In this document: positions 46,331 to 56,373 of the stretch, piece by piece | How the letters are laid out: every line of letters starts with the position of its first letter | Numbering within the stretch: the first letter of the stretch is position 1 | Notes under the pieces: generated by a model | The model's input: the letters and a program-made list of their open reading frames with translations, nothing else | Told to the model about the DNA's origin: nothing | Databases searched by the model: none | From: Clostridia bacterium | GTDB taxonomy: Bacteria; Bacillota; Clostridia; Christensenellales; Aristaeellaceae | DNA: 64,000 nt | Reading direction: 5' to 3' | Assembly: GCA_036652695.1 (NCBI GenBank) | Contig: JAVVVJ010000002.1 | Span: 4,257-68,256 of the forward strand | Translations under genes and position numbers: made by a program

Positions 46331-47210
46331 CGTGCAGGCGGTTTATCAGGCAAAGGATGTAAACGACGCCATTCGCGCGCTTGACGCGCAGGAGGGCGCA
46401 ATGCTCATTTCCGGCGGTACGGACGTGCTGGTGCAAAACCGGGATGGCAAATTTGCGGGACTTCCGCTGGTCAGCATTCATGGCCTCAAGGAGATTACGG
46501 GCATCCGCATGGAAGTGGACGGCACGCTTGTGATTGGTGCGGCCACTTGCTTTACCGATATCGCGGATAGCGCGCTCATCAAGCAGCACCTGCCCATGCT
46601 TGGGCTGGCGGTGGATCAGGTGGGAAGCCCACAGATCCGCAATGTGGGTACGGTTGGCGGCAATCTCTGCAACGGCGTAACCAGCGCGGACAGTGCGCCT
46701 TCATTGCTTGCGCTGGACGCGGTGCTTGCGCTTCGCGGAGCAGCAGGCGAGCGGCTGGTTCCGCTTGGCGCCTTCTATACGGGCGCGGGCAGAACCGTTC
46801 GCGCGCGCAACGAGGTGCTTTGCGAAATCCGCATTGCCAAGGAGAGCTACGAGCGCGTCTTTGGCTGTTACATCAAATATGGCAAGCGAAACGCGATGGA
46901 GATTTCCACCTTGGGCTGCGCCATTGCACTGCGGCTGAACGAGCCGCGCACGGCGATTGAGCGCATTCGCGTAGCCTTTGGCGTTGCCGCGCCCACGCCC
47001 ATACGCTGCGAGGCGGCGGAAGCGGCGGCGCTTGGTCAGCCTGCGAGCATACGCACCATTGAAACCGTCGCGCGGCTGGCAGAGCAGGGCATCAGCCCCC
47101 GCACAAGCTGGCGCGCCTCCAAGGAATTTCGTCTTCATTTGGCGCACGAAATGGCAATGCGCGCCATGGCGGACGCAATCAAGCAAGCAGGAGGGAAGGC
47201 CGATGTTTAA
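46323..47210 (+). CDS. Xanthine dehydrogenase family FAD-binding subunit (CO-dehydrogenase flavoprotein-like)
   Basis: ISGGTDVLVQ, IRNVGTVGGNLCN and a C-terminal CO_deh_flav_C-like region. An alternative ATG lies at 46317. Confidence 0.85.
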   Translation: MFDVQAVYQAKDVNDAIRALDAQEGAMLISGGTDVLVQNRDGKFAGLPLVSIHGLKEITGIRMEVDGTLVIGAATCFTDIADSALIKQHLPMLGLAVDQVGSPQIRNVGTVGGNLCNGVTSADSAPSLLALDAVLALRGAAGERLVPLGAFYTGAGRTVRARNEVLCEIRIAKESYERVFGCYIKYGKRNAMEISTLGCAIALRLNEPRTAIERIRVAFGVAAPTPIRCEAAEAAALGQPASIRTIETVARLAEQGISPRTSWRASKEFRLHLAHEMAMRAMADAIKQAGGKADV

Positions 47211-47691
47211 CACGCTTCATATGACGGTCAACGGCAAGGCGGTTACTTTGCCCATCGAGGATGGGGAGGCTCTGTTGGATACGCTGCGCGAGCGGCTGGG
47301 TCTTACCAGCGTGAAGCGCGGCTGTGAGGTGGGCGAATGCGGCGCGTGTACCGTGCTCATCGATGGTAAAGCGGTGGACAGCTGCATCTATCTGAGCAGC
47401 TGGGCGCAAGGCAAGCATGTGCTCACCGTGGAAGGCTTGCGAAGCGAGAGCGGAGAGCTCAATCCCATCCAGCAGGCCTTTATCGACGAGGCGGCGGTGC
47501 AATGCGGCTTTTGTACGCCGGGCATCATTTTAACGGCGGTGGAGATTGTCGCAAGCGGCAAAAAGTATACGCGGGATGAGCTTCGCAAGCTGATTTCGGG
47601 GCATCTATGCCGCTGCACGGGGTATGAGAATATCTTAAACGCTGTGGAGCGTGTGGTGAACGCGAACGCAAACGACCATGAAACGGTGTAA
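47203..47691 (+). CDS. (2Fe-2S)-binding small subunit of the molybdenum hydroxylase
   Basis: GCEVGECGACTVLIDG ... QCGFCTPG ... GHLCRCTGY. The start overlaps the FAD-subunit stop. Confidence 0.9.
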   Translation: MFNTLHMTVNGKAVTLPIEDGEALLDTLRERLGLTSVKRGCEVGECGACTVLIDGKAVDSCIYLSSWAQGKHVLTVEGLRSESGELNPIQQAFIDEAAVQCGFCTPGIILTAVEIVASGKKYTRDELRKLISGHLCRCTGYENILNAVERVVNANANDHETV

Positions 47692-47736
47692 TTGCGCGGG
47701 CGAGCATCAAGGCGCGAAGGGGGCTTTTGAAGTCAA

Positions 47737-48765
47737 ATGAAATGCATCGATACGGTAAACGCGGTTGGCCACGTGCTCTGTCATGACCTCACGCGCATTG
47801 TGCCGGGGGAATGGAAGGGGCCGCAGTTTCGCAAGGGGCACGTGGTAACGCGGGAAGATATTCCGATGCTGCTCAGCATGGGCAAGGAACAGCTGTACGT
47901 GTGGGAGCTTTGCGATGATCAACTCCATGAAAACGAAGCCGCCAAACGGTTAGCGGCGCTTTGTGAAGGCGCGAATATGCGGCGGGGCGAGGTGAGCGAG
48001 GGGAAGATCGAGCTTTTCGCGGAATGCGCGGGGTTATTGCGCGTGGATACGGAGCGCCTGTTTCAGCTGAACATGCTGGAAGACGTGATGATCGCCACAC
48101 GGCATACCAATGTAGCGGTACACGCAGGGGACAAGCTCTGTGGCACGCGCGTGATCCCGTTGGTGATCCCCAAAGCGCGCATCGAGGAGGCAGAGCATAT
48201 CGCGGGCGTGGAGCCGCTGCTCCAGCTTCATCGCTTTAGGTCAATGAAGGCTGGGATCATCACCACGGGCAGCGAGGTCTTCCATGGGCGCATTGCGGAC
48301 AGGTTCACGCCCGTTGTGCAGGAAAAGCTTGCCGCCTATGGCATTGAAACTGCCCTGCAAGTCGTTACGGATGACGCGTCAGAGCATATCCTCGCGGCTA
48401 TTTTAAAAATGCGAGACGCAAAGGTTGATCTGGTGCTCTGCACCGGCGGCATGAGCGTCGATCCTGATGATCGCACGCCGTTAGCAATTCGGCAGAGCGG
48501 CGCGCACATCGTTACCTATGGCGCGCCAGTGCTGCCCGGCGCAATGCTCATGCTTGGCTATTACACGGATGGCACCCCCGTGCTGGGGCTTCCCGGCTGT
48601 GTGATGTACGCCAAGGCGACGGTTTTTGACCTGCTGCTGCCACAAATCGCGGCAGGAATGCCCATTGCGCGTGAGGACATCGTCCGCCTTGGGTGCGGTG
48701 GGCTTTGCCTTGGCTGTAGCCCATGCACCTATCCGGATTGCGGCTTTGGCAAACGTTCGTTTTAA
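47737..48765 (+). CDS. Molybdopterin-binding (MoCF_biosynth/MoeA-like domain) protein
   Basis: IITTGSEV ... DLVLCTGGMSVDPDDRTP ... PGAMLMLG. It is shorter than canonical MoeA. Confidence 0.75.
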   Translation: MKCIDTVNAVGHVLCHDLTRIVPGEWKGPQFRKGHVVTREDIPMLLSMGKEQLYVWELCDDQLHENEAAKRLAALCEGANMRRGEVSEGKIELFAECAGLLRVDTERLFQLNMLEDVMIATRHTNVAVHAGDKLCGTRVIPLVIPKARIEEAEHIAGVEPLLQLHRFRSMKAGIITTGSEVFHGRIADRFTPVVQEKLAAYGIETALQVVTDDASEHILAAILKMRDAKVDLVLCTGGMSVDPDDRTPLAIRQSGAHIVTYGAPVLPGAMLMLGYYTDGTPVLGLPGCVMYAKATVFDLLLPQIAAGMPIAREDIVRLGCGGLCLGCSPCTYPDCGFGKRSF

Positions 48766-48804
48766 ATTCATTTTTCAACTCATGCAAAAGGAGTGTATTC
48801 ATTT

Positions 48805-49602
48805 ATGCGCAAAGGTTTGACGATCCTGCTGATACTTGCCCTCTGCCTCTTCTCTGCTACGGCGCTGGCACAAACGGAAGTGGTGGTTTTTGCCGCCGCC
48901 TCCATGACCGAATCGCTTACTGAAATTGCGCAGATGTACAAGGGGGTTGCGCCGGATGTGCAGCTCACCTTCAATTTCGATTCCAGCGGAACGCTCAAGA
49001 CACAGCTATGCGAGGGAGCGGACGCGGATCTTTTCATTTCTGCCGGGCAAAAGCAGATGGATGCAATTGATATCGCCGCCGATCCCGCTGTGAATACCGA
49101 GAAGCTTGATATGGTGCTGGAGGGTACGCGTTTTGATTTGGTTTCCAACACCGTAGTGCTGATTGTGCCCAAGGATTCCGCAAAGGGCATTGACACCTTT
49201 GAAGCTGTCGCAACCGATCAGGTGAGCCTGATGGCGCTTGGCAACAGTGATGTGCCCGTCGGTCAATATGCGCAGCAGGTCTTCACCTTTATGCAGCTTT
49301 GGGACAGCTTGAATGCGGCTGGAAAGATCACCTTTGCCTCCAATGTCAAGGAAGTGCTTGCGCAGGTGGAAGCGGGTGCTGTGGACTGCGGTGTGGTGTA
49401 TATCTCCGATGCCGTCACCAACGATGGTGTGCGGGTTGCGGCCTCCGCGCCCGATGGCAGCCATAAGCCGGTCAACTATCCGGCAGCCGTGCTTCAATCC
49501 GCCAAGCAGCCAGAGGCGGCAAAAGCGTTCCTCGCATACCTACAGGGTGAGGAATGCACCGCTGTCTTTGAGCGCATCGGCTTTGGCGTGCCTAAAAAGT
49601 GA
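48805..49602 (+). CDS. modA: Molybdate ABC transporter substrate-binding protein
   Basis: A signal peptide is followed by VVFAAASMTESL...FNFDSSGTLKTQ...ADLFISAG. Confidence 0.9.
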   Translation: MRKGLTILLILALCLFSATALAQTEVVVFAAASMTESLTEIAQMYKGVAPDVQLTFNFDSSGTLKTQLCEGADADLFISAGQKQMDAIDIAADPAVNTEKLDMVLEGTRFDLVSNTVVLIVPKDSAKGIDTFEAVATDQVSLMALGNSDVPVGQYAQQVFTFMQLWDSLNAAGKITFASNVKEVLAQVEAGAVDCGVVYISDAVTNDGVRVAASAPDGSHKPVNYPAAVLQSAKQPEAAKAFLAYLQGEECTAVFERIGFGVPKK

Positions 49603-50285
49603 GCATGGATATCTTTCCGCTCGTAAATTCCCTGCGCGTAGCGCTCATTTCTACCGGCTGCACATTTTTTTTGGGAATGTGGGCGGCCTATGGCATTTCG
49701 CGCTGTCCGCGCCTTTTGAAGGGTGCGCTGGATTGTGTGCTGACGTTACCGTTGGTGCTTCCGCCAACGGTCGTCGGCTTTTTCCTGTTAAAGACCATTG
49801 GACCTAAGGCGCCGATTGGTGCGCTGGTGCTTCGGCTCTTTGATAGCAAGCTGACCATGACTTGGTACTCCGCTATTTTTGCCACCATCATTGTGACTTT
49901 TCCGTTGATGTACCGCACGGCGCGCGGCGCGTTTGAAACCTTTGATCCGCGATTGGCCGCCTCTGCACAAACGTTGGGGTTGAGCAATCGGATGATTTTT
50001 TGGCAGATTCGCGTGCCAAACTGCAAGGCGGGGCTGATGGCGGGCGCGGTGCTCTCCTTCGCGCGCGCGCTGGGCGAATATGGCGCAACCTCCATGGTAT
50101 CGGGCTACATTCCCGGCAAGACCGCCACAATTTCCACAACGGTCTACCAGCTTTGGCGTGAAGGAAACGATAGCGAGGCCTATCGTTGGGTGCTGATCAA
50201 CCTTGCGATATCGCTGCTGGTGCTGCTCGCGGTGAACGCGCTGGAGCGCAAGCAGCCAAGAGCACGCCGGGAGGTTCACGTATGA
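49599..50285 (+). CDS. modB: Molybdate ABC transporter permease
   Basis: LVLPPTVVGFFLL and the EAA-loop-like FARALGEYGATSMV. An alternative ATG lies at 49605. Confidence 0.9.
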   Translation: MSMDIFPLVNSLRVALISTGCTFFLGMWAAYGISRCPRLLKGALDCVLTLPLVLPPTVVGFFLLKTIGPKAPIGALVLRLFDSKLTMTWYSAIFATIIVTFPLMYRTARGAFETFDPRLAASAQTLGLSNRMIFWQIRVPNCKAGLMAGAVLSFARALGEYGATSMVSGYIPGKTATISTTVYQLWREGNDSEAYRWVLINLAISLLVLLAVNALERKQPRARREVHV

Positions 50286-51346
50286 GCCTGATTGTGGATA
50301 TCGAAAAACGTTTACCCGGCTTTGCGCTGCATGCGGCATTTGAATGCGGAGTGGAAACGCTGGCGCTGCTGGGCGCAAGCGGGAGCGGCAAAACGCTTAC
50401 GCTTAGCTGCATTGCAGGCACTGTTCGGCCGGACTCCGGGCATATGGAGCTAAACGGACGCGTGCTGTATGATTCCAAGGCTCGCATCTGCCTAAGCCCG
50501 CAGGAGCGCGGCATCGGACTTTTGTTTCAGAGCTATGCGCTTTTTCCCAATATGACGGTGGAACGCAATATCCTATGCGGCTTAAACCGCGTAAAGGGAC
50601 GAAACGAAAAGACGGCTCGCATGAACCGGCTCATGCGTCAATTTAGGCTGGAGGGTCTGGGCAAGCAGTATCCCCATCAGCTTTCCGGAGGGCAGCAGCA
50701 GCGCGTAGCGCTGGCGCGCGTGCTTGCTAGCGAGCCGAAGCTGCTCATGCTGGACGAGCCTTTTTCCGCGCTGGATGAGGCGCTTAAATGGCAGCTGGAG
50801 CAGGAGCTGATGGACATGCTTGTGGGCTTTTCAGCGCCGGTGCTCTATATCACGCATGACATGCGCGAAGTGCGCAGACTTTGCAGCCGCGCCTGTGTGC
50901 TGGATAGCGGGCAGACGCAGGCAGTGATGACGCCATCGGAATTGTTTGATCATCCCGCGACGCTTGCGGCGGCAAGGCTTGGCGGCTGCGAAAATGTAGT
51001 GATCGCACAGCGGCGGGGCGAGCATATCGCCTATGTGCCGGAGTGGCACGTGGAGCTTTGCTGCGCAGAAAAGCTTCGTGATGGGCTTTGCGGCATCGCG
51101 GTGCGCGCGGAACGCATCGCCGTGAATGGCACGGGCAACCTCATCCCCTGCAAAGTGCTCCGCGCTATGGAGGATTTAGGGCGGCAGGTGGCGGTATGCC
51201 GTCCGCTTTGCTGTGAACAGGCACAGGAGAAGGCTACGGTGCGCGTTGCGTGGCTCGGACAAAAAAGCGGACTTTGCGCGGGCAACGAGCCGGTGCTCGC
51301 CATCCCGCCGGAGGCGATTCGGCCACTCTATATGGAAAAAGGCTGA
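50282..51346 (+). CDS. modC: Molybdate ABC transporter ATP-binding protein with a C-terminal TOBE-like domain
   Basis: ATGA overlap with modB. GASGSGKTLTL, LSGGQQQRVALARVL and LLMLDEPFSALD. Confidence 0.85.
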   Translation: MSLIVDIEKRLPGFALHAAFECGVETLALLGASGSGKTLTLSCIAGTVRPDSGHMELNGRVLYDSKARICLSPQERGIGLLFQSYALFPNMTVERNILCGLNRVKGRNEKTARMNRLMRQFRLEGLGKQYPHQLSGGQQQRVALARVLASEPKLLMLDEPFSALDEALKWQLEQELMDMLVGFSAPVLYITHDMREVRRLCSRACVLDSGQTQAVMTPSELFDHPATLAAARLGGCENVVIAQRRGEHIAYVPEWHVELCCAEKLRDGLCGIAVRAERIAVNGTGNLIPCKVLRAMEDLGRQVAVCRPLCCEQAQEKATVRVAWLGQKSGLCAGNEPVLAIPPEAIRPLYMEKG

Positions 51347-51385
51347 AAGGCCGTCTTCACGATAGGTTTTGAAAGGACGATTGCG

Positions 51386-51868
51386 ATGTTTGTAGCGGCT
51401 GTGCTGACGGTGAGCGACCGAAGCTTTGCGGGGGTTCGCCCGGACGCGGCAGGCCCGGCGGTGCGGGAGATGCTGGAGCAGGCGGGCTACGCGCTACTGC
51501 CTTACGCGCTTGTGCCGGATGAGCAGGAAACCATTCAAGCTGAGCTTTGTCGCTTGGCGGATGCGGAGGGTGCGGCGCTCATTGTAACCACAGGCGGTAC
51601 GGGCTTTGCACCGCGAGATCTTACGCCGGAGGCCACCATCGCCGTTTGCCAGCGCATGGCGCCCGGCCTTGCGGAGGCCATGCGCGCCCACAGCCTGCTG
51701 ATTACGGCGCACGCGATGCTCTCGCGTGCCGTGGCGGGCATTAGGGGAAAAACGCTGATTGTGAATCTGCCCGGCAGTCCAAAGGCGGCAGTCGAGAACT
51801 TGGCGATTCTTCTGCCCGCGCTCGCGCATGGATTGGCATTAATCACAGGCGGGCATCCAGATGCGTAA
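51386..51868 (+). CDS. mog: MogA/MoaB family molybdenum cofactor biosynthesis protein
   Basis: LTVSDR ... LIVTTGGTGFAPRDLTPEAT ... NLPGSPKA. Confidence 0.85.
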   Translation: MFVAAVLTVSDRSFAGVRPDAAGPAVREMLEQAGYALLPYALVPDEQETIQAELCRLADAEGAALIVTTGGTGFAPRDLTPEATIAVCQRMAPGLAEAMRAHSLLITAHAMLSRAVAGIRGKTLIVNLPGSPKAAVENLAILLPALAHGLALITGGHPDA

Positions 51869-51915
51869 AAGAGAACCGTCGAAAGGCTGCCAATGTACCT
51901 TTGCGCTTTGAGAGG

Positions 51916-52872
51916 ATGGTGACGAACGTGCGGGATCATTATGGCCGAGAGATTGATTATCTGCGGATGTCCGTGACCGATCTTTGCAACGAGCGGTGCG
52001 TCTATTGCATGCCGCAGGCCGGCGTTGCCAAGCGCACGCACGATGAAATGCTCACCATTGAGGAGCTGGCGCGAATTGCTGAAGCGGCGGTGGCATGCGG
52101 GATTTGCAAAATTCGCTTAACGGGCGGCGAACCGCTGGTTCGGCGCGGGACTGTGGAGCTGTGCCGCCAAATCGGTCGGCTGAGCGGCCTAAAGGAGCTT
52201 TGCATCACTACCAATGGGTTGCTTTTGCCCGAGCTTGCTGGCGAGCTGTTGGCGGCGGGCGTATCGCATATCAATGTATCGCTGGATAGCCTCCGCGCGG
52301 AGCGGTACGCCGCGATTACGCGGCGGGGCACGCTTGCAGCGGCGCTTCGTGGGCTGGATTGTGCGCTGAACGCGGGCTTCGCAGTGGTCAAGCTAAACAT
52401 GGTGCTGATCGGCGGTGTGAACGATGACGAGCTTGGCGATTTTATCGCCCTGACCGAGCATAACCCAATCGAGGTTCGCTTTTTGGAGCTGATGCCGATG
52501 GGGGAATGCGCGAATTGGCCAAACGAGCGTTTCATAAGCGCGGATACGGTGCTGGAGCGCTTTCCTGCGCTTGCGCCGCTTGCCGGATGCGGCGTGGCTG
52601 AACGTTACCGCATGCCCGGCTACGCAGGAACCGTGGGCTTGATCCGCCCGATGAGCAACCGCTTCTGCGATACGTGCAGCCGCGTCCGCATAACGGCGGA
52701 TGGCATGCTCAAGCCCTGCCTGCATAGCGGCATGGAGCTTTCCCTACGCGGCCTGCATGGCGAAACGCTTGTGCGAGCGCTCCGCGAAGGAATTCTGCAA
52801 AAGCCCGAGCACCATGTGCTGATGGATGCGGGTAGTGCGGCGGGGCGGCGCATGAACGAAATTGGAGGCTAG
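51916..52872 (+). CDS. moaA: GTP 3',8-cyclase MoaA (radical SAM)
   Basis: [19 protein letters not shown] is the CxxxCxxC motif. [11 protein letters not shown] and the C-terminal cluster [14 protein letters not shown] are present. A GTG at 51928 would be a better-spaced start. Confidence 0.9.
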   Translation: MVTNVRDHYGREIDYLRMSVTDLCNERCVYCMPQAGVAKRTHDEMLTIEELARIAEAAVACGICKIRLTGGEPLVRRGTVELCRQIGRLSGLKELCITTNGLLLPELAGELLAAGVSHINVSLDSLRAERYAAITRRGTLAAALRGLDCALNAGFAVVKLNMVLIGGVNDDELGDFIALTEHNPIEVRFLELMPMGECANWPNERFISADTVLERFPALAPLAGCGVAERYRMPGYAGTVGLIRPMSNRFCDTCSRVRITADGMLKPCLHSGMELSLRGLHGETLVRALREGILQKPEHHVLMDAGSAAGRRMNEIGG

Positions 52873-52877
52873 GCGAT

Positions 52878-53387
52878 ATGGAATTTACCCATTTTAACGA
52901 GCAGCACCGGGCGCGAATGGTGGATGTTACGGACAAACCAGCAACGGTGCGCGAGGCGGTCGCGGAGGGTTTTATCACGATGCGTGCCGATACGTTGGCT
53001 ATGGTGCGTGAAGGGCGTGCGAAAAAGGGCGATGTGCTGGCGGTGGCGCAGGTGGCGGGCATTATGGCCGCCAAGCGCACGCAGGAGCTGATTCCGATGT
53101 GCCACGCCATCATGCTGACGGGCGTGGATCTTGCGTTTTGTGATTCGGATGAGCCGTGCGGCATTTCCATCCGCGCCACAGCGCGCTGCAAGGGCGAAAC
53201 GGGCGTGGAAATGGAGGCGCTGACTGCCGTCTCTGCCGCCGCGCTCACCATCTATGATATGTGCAAGGCCGTTCAGCGTGATATGGTCATTGAATCCATT
53301 CGTCTGCTTCAAAAAAACGGCGGAAAAAGCGGCCGCTTCGTTGCGGGGGCTTGCTCCAGCCTTGAAGCTTCTGCGGAGCATGAATAA
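52878..53387 (+). CDS. moaC: Cyclic pyranopterin monophosphate synthase MoaC
   Basis: [33 protein letters not shown] and [10 protein letters not shown]. Confidence 0.92.
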   Translation: MEFTHFNEQHRARMVDVTDKPATVREAVAEGFITMRADTLAMVREGRAKKGDVLAVAQVAGIMAAKRTQELIPMCHAIMLTGVDLAFCDSDEPCGISIRATARCKGETGVEMEALTAVSAAALTIYDMCKAVQRDMVIESIRLLQKNGGKSGRFVAGACSSLEASAEHE

Positions 53388-53401
53388 AAGGAGATGGGTG
53401 C

Positions 53402-53851
53402 ATGCCTAGCGTTTTAAGTGTAAACATGAGCACGGAAAAAGGAACCGTAAAGCTTCCTACACCATCGGCAGAGCTAAAGGCCGAGCATGGCTTGGTTGGC
53501 GACGCGCACGCGGGCGCATGGCATAGGCAGGTAAGCCTGCTGGCGCTGGAAAGCGTTGAAACCATGAGGGCTCGCTGCAACGTGCCTCTACCATTTGGTG
53601 TTTTTGGTGAAAACATCGACACGGAGGGGATCGAGCTAAAATCGTTGCCCGTGGGTACGCGGCTTCAAATAGGCGAATGTCTGCTGGAAATCACACAGAT
53701 AGGCAAGGAATGCCATGGCGACTGCGCCATCAAAAAGCAAGTGGGCACTTGCGTCATGCCGCGCGAGGGCATATTTGCCAGGGTGCTGGAGGGCGGCGTG
53801 ATACAAGCGGGGGATGCCATCGCACGGGTGAACGGCAATGCTCCTGTGTGA
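53402..53851 (+). CDS. MOSC domain-containing protein
   Basis: GLVGDAHAG ... FGENI.TEGIEL ... IGKECH is the typical pattern of small MOSC proteins. Confidence 0.8.
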   Translation: MPSVLSVNMSTEKGTVKLPTPSAELKAEHGLVGDAHAGAWHRQVSLLALESVETMRARCNVPLPFGVFGENIDTEGIELKSLPVGTRLQIGECLLEITQIGKECHGDCAIKKQVGTCVMPREGIFARVLEGGVIQAGDAIARVNGNAPV

Positions 53852-54572
53852 TCTGCTGGAAATTCCCCGCGGCGTAACGGCGCTGGTGGGCGGCGGGGGA
53901 AAGACAACGCTTCTGCGCCGGTTGGCAGCGGAGCTCAGCGCTCGAGGGCGTGTGCTCTGCCTGACCACCACGCATATGTACCCGCCGCAGGGCGGGTATG
54001 TGCGCTCGCCTGCACCGGAAGAGCTTGCTCGCGCCTTTTCGCGGGTTCACGCCATCACCATCGGCGAACCGACCGATGGGGGAAAGCTCGGCAGGCCGCT
54101 CGGAAATCTGCAAGCCTTGCTCGCAACGGCGGATTATGCGCTCATCGAAGCGGATGGCTCGCACGGTCTGCCGTTGAAGGTACCCGCTGAGCACGAGCCG
54201 GCGCTTCCGGGGGGCGAGGCACTGGTGATCGCGTTGGCGGGCGCAAGCGGCATTGGCAAGCTCATCGAGGAGGCCGCGCACCGTCCGGCGCTTTACGCGG
54301 CGTTGCTGCACAAGCGGCAAACCGATCCTGTAACGCCCGAGGACGCGGCTTTCGTGCTCCAACACGAACACGGGCAACGCAAAAATGTACGCAATCGGTT
54401 TATGGTTGTGCTCAACCAATGCGAAAGTGAGTCCACGCTAGAGGCGGCGCGCAAGTGCGCCGCAAGGCTGCGCGACCCCTGCGCACTGGTGGCGCTGCGG
54501 GAGAGCCCCAATTTTTATGAGCTTTGGAGGAATGGAACATGCTCGTGCTCATCAAGGGAGCGGGAGATTTAG
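53838..54572 (+). CDS. yqeC: YqeC family putative selenium-dependent hydroxylase accessory protein
   Basis: VTALVGGGGKTTLLRRLAAEL is the P-loop-like N-terminus characteristic of the YqeC family. The gene overlaps the MOSC gene stop. Confidence 0.75.
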   Translation: MLLCDLLEIPRGVTALVGGGGKTTLLRRLAAELSARGRVLCLTTTHMYPPQGGYVRSPAPEELARAFSRVHAITIGEPTDGGKLGRPLGNLQALLATADYALIEADGSHGLPLKVPAEHEPALPGGEALVIALAGASGIGKLIEEAAHRPALYAALLHKRQTDPVTPEDAAFVLQHEHGQRKNVRNRFMVVLNQCESESTLEAARKCAARLRDPCALVALRESPNFYELWRNGTCSCSSREREI

Positions 54573-55339
54573 CGAGCGGCGTGGCCGTTAGGCTGCGGCA
54601 TGCGGGCTTTCAGCTTACAATGACCGACCTGCCCAAGCCAACGGCCATCCGCCGCATGGTGAGCTTTTGCCGCGCCATCTCCAACGAGGAGGCCATGGTG
54701 GAGGATGTGCGCGCAAAGCTTGCGCACAGCGCACAGGAGGCGCAGCGCGTCATGCAGGGCGGTGATATCGCCGTTTTGGCCGATCCGCAAGCGCATTGCC
54801 GCGAAGCGCTCCGTCCGGATGTGCTGGTAGATGCGGTGCTGGCCAAACGGAACTTGGGCACCACGCTTTCAGACGCGCCTGTGGTGATCGCCCTAGGGCC
54901 TGGCTTTGCTGCCGGACTTGATTGCCACGCTGTGATTGAAACCATGCGCGGGCATGATCTAGGCCGTGTGCTCTACCAAGGCCGTGCCCTAGAAAATACA
55001 GGCGTGCCCGGCAACATCGGCGGCTATAGCTCCCAACGGCTGCTTCGCGCGCCCTGCGCGGGTATTTTTGAGCCGCTGGTGGAAATTGGCGCATGTGTGC
55101 GAGCGGGAGATACTGTCGCGATGGTTGACGGCATACCGATTACCGCCGCGATTGACGGCGTGATTCGCGGCTTGCTGCCCGCTCACACGCCCGTGGTAAG
55201 CGGCATGAAGAGCGGGGACGTGGATCCGCGCGGGGTGGTGGAAAGCTGCTATACCGTATCTGATAAGGCACGCGCCATAGGCGGCGGCGTGCTGGAGGCA
55301 ATTTTGCACCTGACAGAAGCCATCGGTCATGAACGCTAA
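54539..55339 (+). CDS. yqeB: YqeB / EF2563 family selenium-dependent molybdenum hydroxylase system protein
   Basis: MLVLIKGAGDLASGVAVRLRHAGFQLTMTDLPKPTAIRRMVSF resembles the short (about 270 aa) EF2563-type family. It is adjacent to yqeC. Confidence 0.75.
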   Translation: MLVLIKGAGDLASGVAVRLRHAGFQLTMTDLPKPTAIRRMVSFCRAISNEEAMVEDVRAKLAHSAQEAQRVMQGGDIAVLADPQAHCREALRPDVLVDAVLAKRNLGTTLSDAPVVIALGPGFAAGLDCHAVIETMRGHDLGRVLYQGRALENTGVPGNIGGYSSQRLLRAPCAGIFEPLVEIGACVRAGDTVAMVDGIPITAAIDGVIRGLLPAHTPVVSGMKSGDVDPRGVVESCYTVSDKARAIGGGVLEAILHLTEAIGHER

Positions 55340-56373
55340 ACAGCGCTTTGGGGGTTGCTTGGGGTATCTGCCAGCTTGGCGCGGTGCAAAATCATTTGCG
55401 CTGCGATGCTCACGGCAATTTCGGCGGGCGTTTCAGCGCGAATCGGAAGGCCGATGGGCGTATGTACGCGCGCAAAATCCTTATTTGTAAAGCCCTCCTC
55501 AAGGAGCAGGCCTTTTGTATGCGCAATTTTGCTCTGGCTGCCAATCAGGCCGATATATGCGGCATCGGTGCGCAGTGCTTGCACAAGCAAAGTGTGATCG
55601 TTACGGTGACCACGCGTCATGATGATCAAAAAATCTTCCTTGCCGATGGCGATTTCGCGGCCTATATCGGTAAAATCGCACAGAATCACGCGTTCGGCAT
55701 CCGGGAAGAGCGCGGAATTCGCAAAGGCCTCGCGGTCGTCCAGCACGATAGGCACAAAATCCAGCTGATTGAGCAGCGGCACCAGCTTTTGCGCGATATG
55801 TCCCCCGCCAAACACATAGACACGCCCGGCAAGCTTGATCGGCTCTACAAACAAATAGGGATCACCCTCGCCCTTTGCCGGGCGGCGGCGGCAAAGCGAC
55901 CGCTGCTCCTCCGCGCCAAAGGAATGCGGCGCAAGCGACTCGTCCGCATAGCAAAGCTTCGCGTCGAGCACGCCGCACGTGCTGGAAATGCTGCGCGCGA
56001 GCCATACGCTTGTATTGCCCGAAAGGGTGCTGTTCATGCGGTGAAACAGCGCCAGCTCGTTTGCGGTCAGATACCAGCAACAAACGCTGATTTTGCCGCC
56101 GCAGACCATGCCAATATCTGCCGCGTCGTTTGGCGCAAGCTGGTAGCCGCATATGGCGGATGCTTTGTCCCTGATGCAGTCGAGTGCGCGCTCGGTTACC
56201 AAATGCTCGACGCTTCCGCCGCCCACGGTGCCTTGCGTGCGCCCATCCTGTTCAACCAGCATGCATGCCCCCGCGCCGCGCGGCGCGGAGCCTTCACGCT
56301 CCAGCACCGTTGCCAACACAACGGGCTCATTAGCCTCCAAATGGCGTAGGATGAGCGGAATAAGTGTTTTCAC
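55336..56373 (-). CDS. XdhC/CoxI family molybdenum hydroxylase accessory (maturation) protein
   Basis: GTG at 56373 follows GGAAAGGGAAG. The N-terminal XdhC_CoxI segment is EPVVLATVLEREGSAPRGAGA. The Rossmann-like C-terminal domain is VYVFGGGHIAQKLVPL. The longer ORF (to 56667) overlaps the upstream gene and was trimmed. Confidence 0.8.
   Translation of the reverse strand: MKTLIPLILRHLEANEPVVLATVLEREGSAPRGAGACMLVEQDGRTQGTVGGGSVEHLVTERALDCIRDKASAICGYQLAPNDAADIGMVCGGKISVCCWYLTANELALFHRMNSTLSGNTSVWLARSISSTCGVLDAKLCYADESLAPHSFGAEEQRSLCRRRPAKGEGDPYLFVEPIKLAGRVYVFGGGHIAQKLVPLLNQLDFVPIVLDDREAFANSALFPDAERVILCDFTDIGREIAIGKEDFLIIMTRGHRNDHTLLVQALRTDAAYIGLIGSQSKIAHTKGLLLEEGFTNKDFARVHTPIGLPIRAETPAEIAVSIAAQMILHRAKLADTPSNPQSAV

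Noticed and set aside
44018-47691. The possibility of an in-frame UGA selenocysteine in the Xdh subunits, given the yqeB/yqeC markers.
   Set aside because: All three subunit ORFs are uninterrupted. The YqeB/YqeC-associated class is thought to use a labile selenium cofactor rather than Sec, so no recoding is expected or seen.
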